Assembly: GCF_000372725.1 (NCBI RefSeq)
Contig: NW_005202428.1
Location: 1,101,331-1,165,330 of the forward strand
Reading direction: 5' to 3'
DNA: 64,000 bases
Source of the DNA: Emiliania huxleyi CCMP1516
Taxonomy: Eukaryota
The position numbers and the translations under genes are program-made. This document shows, piece by piece, positions 35,241-46,182 of this stretch; within the stretch, counting starts at the first letter, position 1, and every line of letters starts with the position of its first letter. Below the pieces are notes generated by a model. It was not told where the DNA came from, made no database searches, and saw nothing but the letters and a program-made list of their open reading frames with translations.

Positions 35241-38200
35241 TCAGCTCCTTCGAGGTGCAAGCACCTCAAAGGTGTATGGGCACGCGATTGCAGCTCGCCC
35301 CTCCCCTCTCATCGCGCTGACCGCTAGCAGGCAGGGGCCCGCGTCCGTTGGCGCCGAGTGCGGCACGAGGCACGACAGCAGCATTGGCGCAATCAGCGTC
35401 GCAGGCGAGGAGAGGTGCCCGAAAGTGACCTCAAAAGCACTGCATGCGCCGGCGCCTCCCTTGGCGCCCGGCGCGCCGCCGAGCAGTAGCCACACCTCGC
35501 TGCCCGGCGCGGCGGCTTTCGCCGAGAGGCGCTCCACGGCGAGCCGCGTCCCCTTCGGCTCCGCCTTGAGGCGCTTCCGTGCCGCCGGCTTCTTGCCGCT
35601 GGCCGTGGCCGGCGACGGGGAGAGGGCGTCGCTATCGCCGCTCGCACCCACCGTGCCCTGCTCGCGAACGTGCCGCCGCCTCAGCCACTGGCCGAGCTTG
35701 CTCTGGCGGTACCGGACCCAGAGCCGGAGCCCGTCGTCGGCCCCCTCGCGTGGCCCTCGCCGCGCCTCGAGCAGCGTCGCCGCGTGCCACACCAGCGGCC
35801 GCCCGGACGCGTACGGGTCGACCGCCTCGAGACTCTGCCCCACCGTGAGCCACCCGGGCAGCGCGCCCGCCGCCGGCATCGGCGACACGCGAGAGATCGG
35901 CAGCGTGCACTCGGAGAGGTCGCAGTCGAACTGCACCACCGCCGACCGCCCGTCCACCGAGCGCACGACGGCGGAGTAGGGCTTGCCGGCGCCGCGGCCC
36001 CACCTCGCCACCACCGCATCGTTGGGCTCGAGCTCGCCGCTGCCGCCGCTGCCCTCCTCGCTGCCCTCGCCGCCGCTCTCCTCGCCCTCGCCCGCACTGC
36101 CCGCCTCCGCAGCCTCGACCATCTTCTCGTCGCCGCCCTCACCGTCCTCGCCGTCCTCGCCGCCCTCGCCGCCCTCGCCGCCCGCCTCCTCTTCCCTCTC
36201 CTCCCTGCCGCTGCTGCCTGCCTCTCCTCCCTCGGCCTCGCTGCCAGCGCCCTCAGCCAACTGGACACGGCCGGCCGCGCCTGCCTCCCGACGGCGCTTT
36301 GAGCCAAGCACGGCACGCGCACTGTCGGCGGCATTCCCACCCCCCCGCGACCCCTTCGCGCACGCCGTCTTCGCGCGCGGCGCCGCCGCCTCCTCGGGCG
36401 CCGCGTCCGTCGCCCCAGGCTCCCGGACGTGCCGCCGCCTCAGCCACTGGCCGAGCTTGCTCTGGCGGTACCGGACCCAGAGCCGGAGCCCGTCGTCGGC
36501 CCCCTCGCGTGGCCCTCGCCGCGCCTCGAGCAGCGTCGCCGCGTGCCACACCAGCGGCCGCCCGGACGCGTACGGGTCGACCGCCTCGAGACTCTGCCCC
36601 ACCGTGAGCCACCCGGGCAGCGCGCCCGCCGCCGGCATCGGCGACACGCGAGAGATCGGCAGCGTGCACTCGGAGAGGTCGCAGTCGAACTGCACCACCG
36701 CCGACCGCCCGTCCACCGAGCGCACGACGGCGGAGTAGGGCTTGCCGGCGCCGCGGCCCCACCTCGCCACCACCGCATCGTTGGGCTCGAGCTCGCCGCT
36801 GCCGCCGCTGCCCTCCTCGCTGCCCTCGCCGCCGCTCTCCTCGCCCTCGCCCGCACTGCCCGCCTCCGCAGCCTCCTCCGCCTCTGACTCCTCCGCCGCC
36901 TGCTCTCCGTTCCCCCCAGCCTCCTCCTCGGCCGCCGCCTCCTCCTCGCCGCCACCCTCGCCCATTTCCTCGCCGCCCTCGCGCTCCTCCTCCTCCTCCG
37001 TCTCGTCGCCGTCCTCGCCGTCCTCTTCCGGCAGAAAAATGACCTCATCGTCCGCTTCCATGAGAGCGGGGCGGATGGATGTGGAAGGTGCATCCGAAGC
37101 GGCAGCGGGCCCCGCCGCCGCGGCGGCGGCGGCGTGGTGCTGCTTGGCCTCGAGCGCCTTCATCTCGGCCTCGTACCGCTGCTTGTCCGCCTTGGCCCTC
37201 GCGTCCCACGGCGCCTTTGCCTCGGCGTCCATCTCCTTCCACTTTGCGCCGGCGATGCGGCCGATGTCGGTCACCTTGGCGTCCGGGTGCTCCTCCTTGA
37301 GGCGCGGCCGGTTGGCATTCATCCAGAGCATGTACGCCGACATGCCTCGCTTGGGCGCGTCCTTGTCCTTCTTCTTCTTCTGCGGCCTCTTCTCGGGCGA
37401 CGCCTTGGCCTTCTTCTTGGAGATGCCTCCCCGATCCCCACCGCCGCCGCAGCCGGTGCCGCCGCCGGTGCCGCCGCCGCCGCCGGTGCCGCCGCCGCCG
37501 CCGGTGCCGCCGCCGGTACGACCATCGTACTCACCCTCCATGTCTCGATCGGGTGCTGAGTGGGCGGGCGCCTCAGGCACGCCGTCCTCCTCCCGCTCCT
37601 GACCGTGTCCACCGTCCTCAGGGCCCGGCTCCTCCTCTCGCTGATCTGGTGTCTCCACCGCAGCCTCGCCGTCCACCTCCTCATCGCCGAGCGCCGCCGC
37701 CTGCGCCGGTGCCCTCTCTGCCGTGGGTGCCCTGAGCTCCGCAGCCGCCGCATCCTCCTCCCCTTCCGCTGGAGGCTCCGACAGCTGGTCGAACCGGGCC
37801 CATAGCTCTCCAGAGCCGTCTGGCGTCGCAGCGAGATGGTACCTCACACCCTTGGGACCGGCTGTCAATCCCTGCCGCGCGTCCACCACGTGCATACGCA
37901 CCTGCCCCTCGTGCAGCCCGCGAACGAGAACCGTGCAGCCGGAGGCCAGCCACGATGGCGTGCTCTTGCGCGGCAGCGGGAGCGGCGTGACGCAGTCGCG
38001 AGATAGCCACACCGCGCAACCGGTCAGCGCGTGGCGGAGGTTGGGTCCGTCGAAGATGACTCGCACGCCGCGCTCCGACACCTCGCTCACCACGGCCTCG
38101 AGCCGCTCCTGGCCCCACTGCGCCTCCACCAGGGCGCCTGCCGCGAGCTGAGTCTCGTCTTCCTGCGTGGCGGCTTCCACTCGTCGCTGCGCCACGCGCT

Positions 38201-38261
38201 GCGCCTCGGCGCGCACGGCACGCGCGGCCAGCAGGCGGGCCTCTTCAGCGGTGAACGACAT
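35241..38261 (-). CDS. Chromatin protein: Tudor/Agenet-like repeats + HMG box + acidic tracts, possible C-terminal IPT/TIG-like domain
   Basis: KDKDAPKRGMSAYMLWMNANRPRLKEEHPDAKVTDIGRIAGAKWKEM...DKQRYEAEM; VVARWG..YSAVV..VQFD modules. Confidence 0.85.
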   Translation of the reverse strand: MSFTAEEARLLAARAVRAEAQRVAQRRVEAATQEDETQLAAGALVEAQWGQERLEAVVSEVSERGVRVIFDGPNLRHALTGCAVWLSRDCVTPLPLPRKSTPSWLASGCTVLVRGLHEGQVRMHVVDARQGLTAGPKGVRYHLAATPDGSGELWARFDQLSEPPAEGEEDAAAAELRAPTAERAPAQAAALGDEEVDGEAAVETPDQREEEPGPEDGGHGQEREEDGVPEAPAHSAPDRDMEGEYDGRTGGGTGGGGGTGGGGGTGGGTGCGGGGDRGGISKKKAKASPEKRPQKKKKDKDAPKRGMSAYMLWMNANRPRLKEEHPDAKVTDIGRIAGAKWKEMDAEAKAPWDARAKADKQRYEAEMKALEAKQHHAAAAAAAGPAAASDAPSTSIRPALMEADDEVIFLPEEDGEDGDETEEEEEREGGEEMGEGGGEEEAAAEEEAGGNGEQAAEESEAEEAAEAGSAGEGEESGGEGSEEGSGGSGELEPNDAVVARWGRGAGKPYSAVVRSVDGRSAVVQFDCDLSECTLPISRVSPMPAAGALPGWLTVGQSLEAVDPYASGRPLVWHAATLLEARRGPREGADDGLRLWVRYRQSKLGQWLRRRHVREPGATDAAPEEAAAPRAKTACAKGSRGGGNAADSARAVLGSKRRREAGAAGRVQLAEGAGSEAEGGEAGSSGREEREEEAGGEGGEGGEDGEDGEGGDEKMVEAAEAGSAGEGEESGGEGSEEGSGGSGELEPNDAVVARWGRGAGKPYSAVVRSVDGRSAVVQFDCDLSECTLPISRVSPMPAAGALPGWLTVGQSLEAVDPYASGRPLVWHAATLLEARRGPREGADDGLRLWVRYRQSKLGQWLRRRHVREQGTVGASGDSDALSPSPATASGKKPAARKRLKAEPKGTRLAVERLSAKAAAPGSEVWLLLGGAPGAKGGAGACSAFEVTFGHLSSPATLIAPMLLSCLVPHSAPTDAGPCLLAVSAMRGEGRAAIACPYTFEVLAPRRS

Positions 38262-38510
38262 ATATATGCACACACACACACACCCGACACCCGGTTCGGG
38301 GCACAAAATCCGGATTTTTCCACGGCCTAACAATCTCTAACAATCACATCATTGGTGGTCAGGAGACCCTCTCGCAGGCTGCCCACAAGTACAGTCCTAT
38401 CTACTAGGCTCCTAGCACCACTAAGACGCCGCCGCCCTCCACCTCGCCCACGCCGCCGCCGTCGCTCACGCCGCCGCCGCTCGCTCGCTCGCCCGCTCGC
38501 GCCTGGCTTT

Positions 38511-39074
38511 CTACTTCCTCGTGATCGCCCGAATCTCTCCTTCCTCGTGATCCACCCTCGCCTCACCCTCCCGCCGCCTCGCTGCTCGCTCGCCGCTTGC
38601 TCTCCCGCCCGACTTTCTACTTCCTCGTGATCCGAACCGCCACCACCCTCGCCTCGCGCCTGCGAGCTGAGCCACCGCCGCGTTGGGCGTGACCTCGCCG
38701 TTGTAGAGGCGGAGGCTCATTACCTTCATTCCCTCCCTGAACGCGCCGCGTGTGCCATGCTGGCCATAAGGCCGGCCATCGCCTGGCCGCTGCTGGGCGC
38801 GCTTAATGACTTCGGCGATGGGCGTGCGCGGTGCTGCGGCGGGCTCGGCGGGCTGCGGCAGCGTCGGCGGGCTCACCAGAGGCGGATCCTCCTTGCACTG
38901 AGAGACGAGCTGCGCCCAGGCGCCGCTCTCGCGCATGCGAGAGAGAGCGCGTGACACGTTCATTTCGCCGGTCCCGGCGTCGCGCGCAGCGCGTGCGGCG
39001 ACGAGCTTGTCCCCTCGAGCCTCGGCCTCGGCGAGCAGCTGCAGAGCGCGGTCCACCTTGGCCGCAGTGTCCAA
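38511..39074 (-). CDS. Hypothetical ORF fragment (no clear ATG start)
   Basis: Helical, protein-like composition; no family recognised. Confidence 0.25.
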   Translation of the reverse strand: MDTAAKVDRALQLLAEAEARGDKLVAARAARDAGTGEMNVSRALSRMRESGAWAQLVSQCKEDPPLVSPPTLPQPAEPAAAPRTPIAEVIKRAQQRPGDGRPYGQHGTRGAFREGMKVMSLRLYNGEVTPNAAVAQLAGARRGWWRFGSRGSRKSGGRASGERAARRREGEARVDHEEGEIRAITRK

Positions 39075-39945
39075 ATCCTTCCCTGTTGGCTCCGCGTAGC
39101 TCGTCGGAGCCGAAACCCTAGAGGGGTTGTGGGGAGGTCAGCAGGCGCGACGGGCGAGTCTCGCCGCGGTAGTGCGCGCCGACGGGCCCGCGCGCTGCTC
39201 TCGGCCACGTCGCCAGAGGCGCCAGTTGATCCTCCTGTGCAGGAGGCATCGATTGTTAGGACTTGAGCGGCAAATCGCGCGCGTCAGCCGAAGTGGCGGA
39301 GCTCACCAGCCTGCGTCAACATCGCCGATGGTGGCGAGCTTCTCGCCGTGGTCGGGGCGATGCAGAAGCTCGCTCGCAGCGTGTCGGGCCGAGCCGTGCG
39401 ATCAAGCACAGAGCGAGTGGGCGCCGATTGTTAGGAATCGGCGCTGCTGGGAAGAATCCGATCGCCAGGAAAAATCAAGTTTTTGTGAGATACATGGGAA
39501 TTCCGAATCTCCCTCTAACATCACAATAGTGAATTCCAACGCACACACGTTGGGAGGCCCGCAGTCTGTGCGCGCGCGTGTACTTTTTCTTTTACGCACC
39601 CTGTGGTAATAAGTCTCCACGAGGATGCCCTGATACCCTCTGTGCGGCACTCTGCGTCGGGCATCATCTACGAGGTGGAGGGAGGCCTAGCCCTAGGGCG
39701 CAGTGTGCGGGGGGCCCACCCACTTTGGCTTTGCGAAAACCCAAACCCAACCTTTTTTTCTTTTTCCAAGTGCTCCAAGTGTAGGCACGTCCTGGCTCCT
39801 GCACCAAGGCGTCCCACACCAAGGGACCATGCAGAAACCTCTTTCGTCCCGGACTCGCCTCTCGCCACTCTCGGATACGTTCTCTCTCAGGTGGCGAACA
39901 GGCACGCGCGGCAACACAGGACCTTGCACCCTTTCGCCCTTCTCA

Positions 39946-41209
39946 TCACTGCCCTGGCGCCCACTGCTCGACCTTTTTGGGCAGCATCTGATTCGACAGG
40001 TCCTCTCCGTGGCCTAGGCAGCCGGTCTCGCCCTTGCCCCAGGTAAACACGGCGCCGGCGGTGACGGCGAGGCTGTGCATGGCCTCAGCCGGGACAGCAA
40101 CAATGCGCTGCCCAGCGAAGGCCTCGACCTTCTTGGGCAGCGGCTGGTTCTGCTCGTCGCCGTGGCCCAACCGGCCATAGGCTCCATAGCCCCAGCTCCA
40201 GACAGCGCCGTCGGCGGTGAGGGCGAGGCTGTGCGCGGCTCCAGCCGACACAGCGACGACGCGCTGGCCAGCAAAGCCCTCGATCTTCTTCGGCAGCTGC
40301 TGCTGCTGCTGGTCGCCGTGGCCCAACATGCCACAAGCTCCCCAGCCCCAGCTCCAGACGGCGCCGTCGGCGGTGAGGGCAAGGCTGTGACTGCCTCCCA
40401 CCGACACAGCGACGACGCACTGGCCAGCCAACGCCTCGATCTTCTTGGGCAGCAGCTGGTATTGCTCGTCGCCGTGGCCCAACTTGCCAAACTCTCCATT
40501 GCCCCAGCTCCAGACGGCGCCGTCGGCAGCAAGGGCGATGTTGTGGCCGCCTCCCGCCGACACAGCGACGACGCGCTGGCCAGCCAAGATCTCGACCTTC
40601 TTGGGCAGCAGCTGGTCCTGCTGGTCACCGTGGCCCAGCCTGCCGCGGCTTCCACTGCCCCAGCTCCAGACGCTGCCGCTGGCGGTGAAGGCGAGGCTGT
40701 GCGCCCATCCCACCGTCACACTCACGGCGCGCACCCAGCGTCGACGGGATGCGGGTCGGCGTGTTTAGCCGCGTCACGCCCTCGCCGTGGCCCAGCAGCC
40801 CTGGGGCGTAGGACGGCGCCGAGCCGCACGACGAGAGTCGCCCCTCGCCGTCGATGAAGACGCTGTGGTAGCGGTCTGCCGCCGCCCTTGCCGGCGGGTT
40901 GGCCTCGCAAAGCAGCGCCGAATAGCACAGCCACCGCACGGCGCAGCCCTCGCCCTCTGGCTGCGCCGGCAGCTCGAAGCCGCGCTCTCGCGCCCACAAG
41001 CGGATGCCCTCCTCCGCAAGCGAGGCGTGAAAGAGGAGCGAGACGGCCGCGACGCGAGCGATGTCGAGGGGGCTGTCGCAGCGAGAGATGGCGCGCTCGA
41101 GGAGCTCCCTGGGGAGGTCGAGAAGGCGGGCGGGCGGCGGCGTGTTTGGCGAGGGAGCGGCGGTGGCGGCGGTGGCGAGGCGACGAGCGGCGACCGGGGG
41201 TGGACATAT
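39946..41209 (-). pseudogene. F-box-like + RCC1-repeat protein, frameshifted
   Basis: LLDLPRELL motif, then about 5 RCC1 repeats (HSLALTADGAVWSWG..G.LGHGD); frame changes near 41195 and 40735. Confidence 0.8.
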
Positions 41210-41333
41210 GTGTATCGCGAGAAAAGAAATCGCGGGGTGAGTTACCAAACGAAATGGCCCCCCGGGCGCACTCCGGTGCCGCAACCATGCTCGCACCACC
41301 ATACATGCGTTGCAGGAGCTGCTCTTGCCCACC

Positions 41334-42205
41334 AAGAGAGCACGACAATCCTTATCAGCTGGTCGGCCGCCATCGGGCCTCCCGGCCTGCTGCGGCGGCG
41401 CGGCCGGTTGAGGCCGGGCTCGGCCCGGCCCGCGACGGCTGGCCGCCGACGAGCGCGCTCTCCGCGCTGCTCGTCAACACGTCAAGCGGATGGCGGCGGT
41501 GGCGATTGCGGCGACAAAAGTTCAGTCGTAGGGAGGATCCCTACAGCGCTCAGGCGCCTGTCGTCTTTCGTCTTTTGTCGCATTTCGCACACGCGCGCGC
41601 CGCGCGACCCGCGTCGCTCCGCGAGGGCATGAGCCTTCCGCGATATTCGATCCCGCAGCCAAAAGCTGCTCGCTCGAACCGCGGCCGACTCTACCATCGC
41701 GGCTGCAGCTGTCGAGCTCTCCAGAAAACTGGTGCCTCATATGCTGCCTCCCTGCGGATGCTGCCGGCGAGCCTGGCGGTCCGCTGTACTACAAGGATGT
41801 GCTGACTCGATTCTACCTCGAATTCTTCTACCCCCTCGACTCGGAACGCGAATGTGACAGGACCATCGGATCCTTCAGCCACCAAAGCGAGATCACCCGA
41901 GAGCAGCTGAGCCTGCCTCTGGCCTCGCCTCCCTCTCCTTCAGGCATTCGTGGCATCCTATGGGTCGTCCAGAGTATCGACCTCTGGCTTGTCAGCCGCC
42001 CCACCGAGGGCACCATGAAGTACAGCGATCGCCACCTCGCTGGCCTCTCCGCAGGCCCCCCTGACCGCGTCGAACTCATCGGCGCGGGCTCTCTCGGCTA
42101 CGGGACCGGCCCCAGCTTCGGCTGAGGGCGAACAAGCTGCCGAGCCCAAATCACTGTGAGAGTCGTGATTTCTTGTTGGTTTTCTAAAATCTCTCTCTCT
42201 CTCTC
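41334..42205 (+). mobile_element. Retroposon family B copy
   Basis: TSD TGCCCACC at 41326-41333 and 42206-42213; (TC)n tail. Confidence 0.8.
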
Positions 42206-42505
42206 TGCCCACCCCCGGCCGCCATGGTGCATGGACGAGCTGTCCTCGTGTGGGCGGCGACCGAAGCGCCCTCGACTGGGGTTGTCAGCAGGGAGGAGAG
42301 GGGGTGGGCCTCCCAGGGCCCAGGCGATACCCTGATACCCTTGAGCACTTGAGCACTTGATAGGGTCGATTCCGCATGGTACGGGACCCCTCGATCGTCT
42401 CGCCCTCCCTCACTGGTGGCAGACTGGTGTGTTCATGATACCCTCCCTAATTTCGATGGAATCAACTCTACCCATTAGGCGAAACCCCCGAATCGAGGTT
42501 CGATT

Positions 42506-42852
42506 AAAGAAAGAAAGAAAACAGACAGCCCAAGGGAGGGATGGGAGGACGGCACGCCGCCACCACACAGGGATTTTAAGGAGAGGGGTGTGATGCGCTA
42601 GCCGTCGCCCACCCTTGGGCGTCCGCCTCTTCCTATCTCTCTTCGCAGTCTCTCGCCGATTCTCGCTGCAACCTTCATGCCACCCCGCGGTCGTCCCACT
42701 CTCGTCGTTCTCTCTCTTGTCGCTTCTTCCTCTGTCGCGTCGCTCTCCTCTGCCACCTCGTCCTGCGACGGTGCCGCCGCCTGCCGCTCCCTTGCTCTCG
42801 CTGCTCGGCGCAGCTCTGTCCTGCTCGCGGCATATTTTGGCCCCTCGAGTTT
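42506..42852 (-). mobile_element. Retroposon family A copy
   Basis: Family A core; flanks ATCGAGGTTCGATT (42492-42505) and ATCGAGCTTCGATT (42853-42866). Confidence 0.8.
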
Positions 42853-42944
42853 ATCGAGCTTCGATTCTATCGAGGTTGATTCATCGTACTTGGAGCACTT
42901 AAACCCTCGCGGACTGGATTTCTTTCTCGCGCGTGCGCCAGTAG

Positions 42945-43478
42945 ATGTCAGTCCCACCCCCGCGCGACGCTCCGCGTGACGCTCCGCGCGACGCTCCCCG
43001 GTACGACGCGGGAAGGAGACGCTCTCCGCCGCGGCAAGGAGGCGGCGGGCCGGCGCCGGTGTCTAGGCCGTGGCCGCGCGATGAGCGCTGGGGTGGGCCT
43101 GCGGCGCCTCAGAGGCGGGTGCCCGAGGACGACCGGGTCGCTCGCGGCCGCGGTCCTCCGAACGGCCGGCCGTGGTACGGCGAGCGGGACGAGAGGCCCG
43201 ACCGGCGCTACGACGAGCGCTTTGACGAGGGCAGGCGGGAGCGGGAGCGGCGGTACGACGAGCGCGGCGCGCCCGGCCGACCGCCGCCGCCTGGGCCTCG
43301 CGTATCCGGTCCGTACGGAGGACCGGCGCATGCCGCGGAGGACGCGGCGCGGCACAGCCGCTCCTCTCACCCGCCGAGCGGCAGGGAGGAGCGGCCAGCG
43401 GGCCGCACGGGCGACCCCAGCCGCACGAGGTACTTGAATGAGAATCGTTTCAATCTCAACTCGTTTCTCCTCAAATAG
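42945..43478 (+). CDS. Hypothetical Arg/Gly/Pro/Asp-rich low-complexity protein
   Basis: ATG start, PRDA x3 and RRYDER repeats; could be spliced to the 43700-43957 frame. Confidence 0.35.
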   Translation: MSVPPPRDAPRDAPRDAPRYDAGRRRSPPRQGGGGPAPVSRPWPRDERWGGPAAPQRRVPEDDRVARGRGPPNGRPWYGERDERPDRRYDERFDEGRRERERRYDERGAPGRPPPPGPRVSGPYGGPAHAAEDAARHSRSSHPPSGREERPAGRTGDPSRTRYLNENRFNLNSFLLK

Positions 43479-43657
43479 GCGACCCCGGCCGCACGACGGC
43501 TGCGCTGCCGCGCCACGTCGACCTTGACTTTGGTACCGCGGCTGGCCGCGGGGCGGCGCCGACACCGCGGCGCGAGAATGGGGAGCCTCGCGCCGATTTT
43601 CGCTCTGTGATTGCAAAGGGGGCGCGAGAGCGCGCTGCGTCGCCCGCGGCGGCGCCC

Positions 43658-43704
<47 letters not shown>

Positions 43705-44197
43705 GCCGGCGGAGCGTGCGAGGGGCGGCGACGCGACCGATCTGCTCAGCCGCGCGCAGCACGAGTACCGGAGGCGCCTCTCCGACGCGACGACACTCGA
43801 CGCGCTGCCTCTGGCGCGGCTGAGCGAGCTACACGCAGCGCACCTCGCGATGCTGTCTGCGCTGCAGGACGCAGAGTGGAGGAGGTGCCAACCCGAGGGC
43901 GGCGGCTCGCCCTCGCGCGACTCGGACGAGGCCGACCACACTCCCCTCGCCGAGTGACCAGCGTCGGCGCACGCAAACTTTGCCGGACACGGGCTGCCGA
44001 GGCACAGGCAGATCACGCGCCCGGAGGTAGCGGAGCAGGCCAGGGGTACACAGTCCTGGTGGAGCGATCTGTCGCGCGCCCCCGCCGTACTGATGCACTC
44101 GACAGATTCGATTATACGTGAGATACACTCTCTCCAACACAATACACATGCGCATTCGTCTTCATATGTTTAACCGCGTATTAGAGAGACGGTCCCG

Positions 44198-44490
44198 CTG
44201 TAAGTCTGGCGTGCACTGGCAGGAGCCATACTCGCATAGGGGACGCGTGCTAGCTGACTGTAGCCAGCTTCCCGGCCTCCGGCGTCGACACCGGGAGCGG
44301 CTCCCGGACCATCGATGACTCGGTGGAGAGCTCTCCCGCACCGTTTTTTTGAGCGTTTAAGTAATAAGACCGTTTAAGCACGCCTTAAGGAATCGGGCGG
44401 CCCAGCAGCTCTTAAAACCGGCCGCCTAGGCCGGTTTTAAGCCGTTTAACCCGCAGGCGCCCCAGGGCCCACCACCTTTTAAGCTCCCCT
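44198..44490. mobile_element. Diverged inverted copy of the CTTAA-rich element at 17845-18110
   Basis: CTGTAAGTCTGG...GACTGTAGCCAGCTTCCCGGCCTCCGGCGTC is the reverse complement of about 18020-18108. Confidence 0.7.
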
Positions 44491-44720
44491 CTAAGTGCTA
44501 AGACCGCCCCGTGACCCGAGATCCCGAGTCCCGACGGCGACGCCTCTGGACACGAGCGACTGGAGAGGAGGCCCTTGCGCCTGGTTCGCTGGTCCACCGC
44601 TGGGGACGGAAAGGTGCGCGAAACGAGGTCGAGCCCCCCGACCCCACGCAGCCAGTCGTGCAAGCCACGAGACACCACACGCCCTCACCGCACACCACCG
44701 CTCTCAGCTCTCATCGCTCG

Positions 44721-45682
44721 TCAGACGTCACCGAAATTCCGACAGGCTGAGTTCAATCGCCCGTCGCCGCCGTGCGCGGTAAACCACACGGAGAGCACGA
44801 AACGCTCGCCGCTCCGCACTGGCCGCACCTGATGAAGGTTGTCGAACCCAGACGGGAAGGCTAGCAGGCGCCCCTACCAGATGAGTGGAGAGTCATGGGG
44901 CAACTGGACGCGTCAGCGCCTTGTCCTCGCCGTGTATCTCGGATGAATCTCGGCAGCCGGAGGTGTCTCGGAGGTGTCTCGGAGGTGTCGGCCACCGCTT
45001 GCGGCTCGAGTAGCAAGTCACAGTCGGGGTCGTTGAAGGCGAAGTGGCCGCCGGCAAAGTCGGCACCCAAGGTGGTGAGGTAGAGCAGGGCCGAGACGTC
45101 GTACGCGCTCTGGTTCGCCTTGTCCACGTGCGGCGCGAAGGTCCCGTGAGCCGGATCGACGCGCCAGTCAAAGCTCCGGAGGTGGGCCGTCTCCTCCGCT
45201 GTGGCCGCGCCGGCGCTGTGCGCACCGGCGCCCGAGATCCAGCTGATCAAGCTGTTGACGGGCTCCACCGCTCCGTAGCGAGCGCGCACCCGCTCGCGCA
45301 CACGCGCCCGCAGCTCGGCAAACAGCGCGAAGCCGTCATCGCCGAGCAGCGGCTGCGCCTCTTCGATGTCTGGCGGAAAGAGCCTACCGTCGCCGTCCGA
45401 GTCGGAGCAGATTAGCATCGCACGCCTCGCGGCGGCCACCGCGCGCCGGCACTCCTCTGCATTGGCAACGTCATCCTCGAGGCTGCGCCCATGGCGGGCC
45501 TCGAAGCCGACCCTCGCAGGCCTGCCGTCGGGAAGCCGCGCAATACACTCAAGCTGACGCCGCGCGAGGTCCTCTCCACTGGCGGAGGGCGCGACGGCGC
45601 AGAGTAGCCGATGTCGCGGCGGACTTGTTCCAAGCACGCCGCGCAACTGGATTCGGCTGGAGCGAGCCGTGCGAAAGCACAT
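44721..45682 (-). CDS. 2-oxoglutarate/Fe(II) oxygenase (prolyl-hydroxylase-like), at least 2 exons
   Basis: PHVDKAN (HxD), SALLYL, FAGGHFAF; last exon GRLLAFPSGFDNLHQVRPVRSGERFVLSVWFT; start uncertain. Confidence 0.88.
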
Positions 45683-45834
45683 ACGGGTATCGGAGGGCGG
45701 CGGCCGGCTGCCGCGAAGCGGCGTGGTTGCGTCAGCGTCCTGGTCGCCGATTATCGCTCGCGCAGCGGGAGTCCGCTGCAGCACTTGCCTGCCGAAAAGA
45801 CTTTTCCGCCATTTGCCTGGGGACGGGACTGGCG

Positions 45835-45939
45835 ACGGCTAGCGCATCACACTCCTCTCCTTAAAATCCCTGTGTGGTGGCGGCGTGCCGTTCTCCCATC
45901 CCTCCCTTGGCTTGTCTGTTTTCTTTCTTTCTTTCTTTT
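45835..45939 (+). mobile_element. Retroposon family A, 5'-truncated
   Basis: TSD CGGGACTGGCG at 45824-45834 and 45940-45950; (TTTC)n tail. Confidence 0.85.
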
Positions 45940-46182
45940 CGGGACTGGCGCGCACTGGCACTAACACAGGTACACCACCCGAAAAGAAAGCCAATTCCGG
46001 ACTTGGGCCCTCGGGCCTGCGGGCGGCCTTCTCTCGAGGTCTCGAGATACAAAAAGCGGCCAACTAACGCCCGTTTTTCTTCTTCTCGTGATCCCGATTC
46101 CCGCCCGTCCGTCCGGAAACAGCTCCCGCAAACGCGAAGGGGCGACGGCCCGTGTGTGCGTCGGCTGCGGCGTTGAGCGCAC

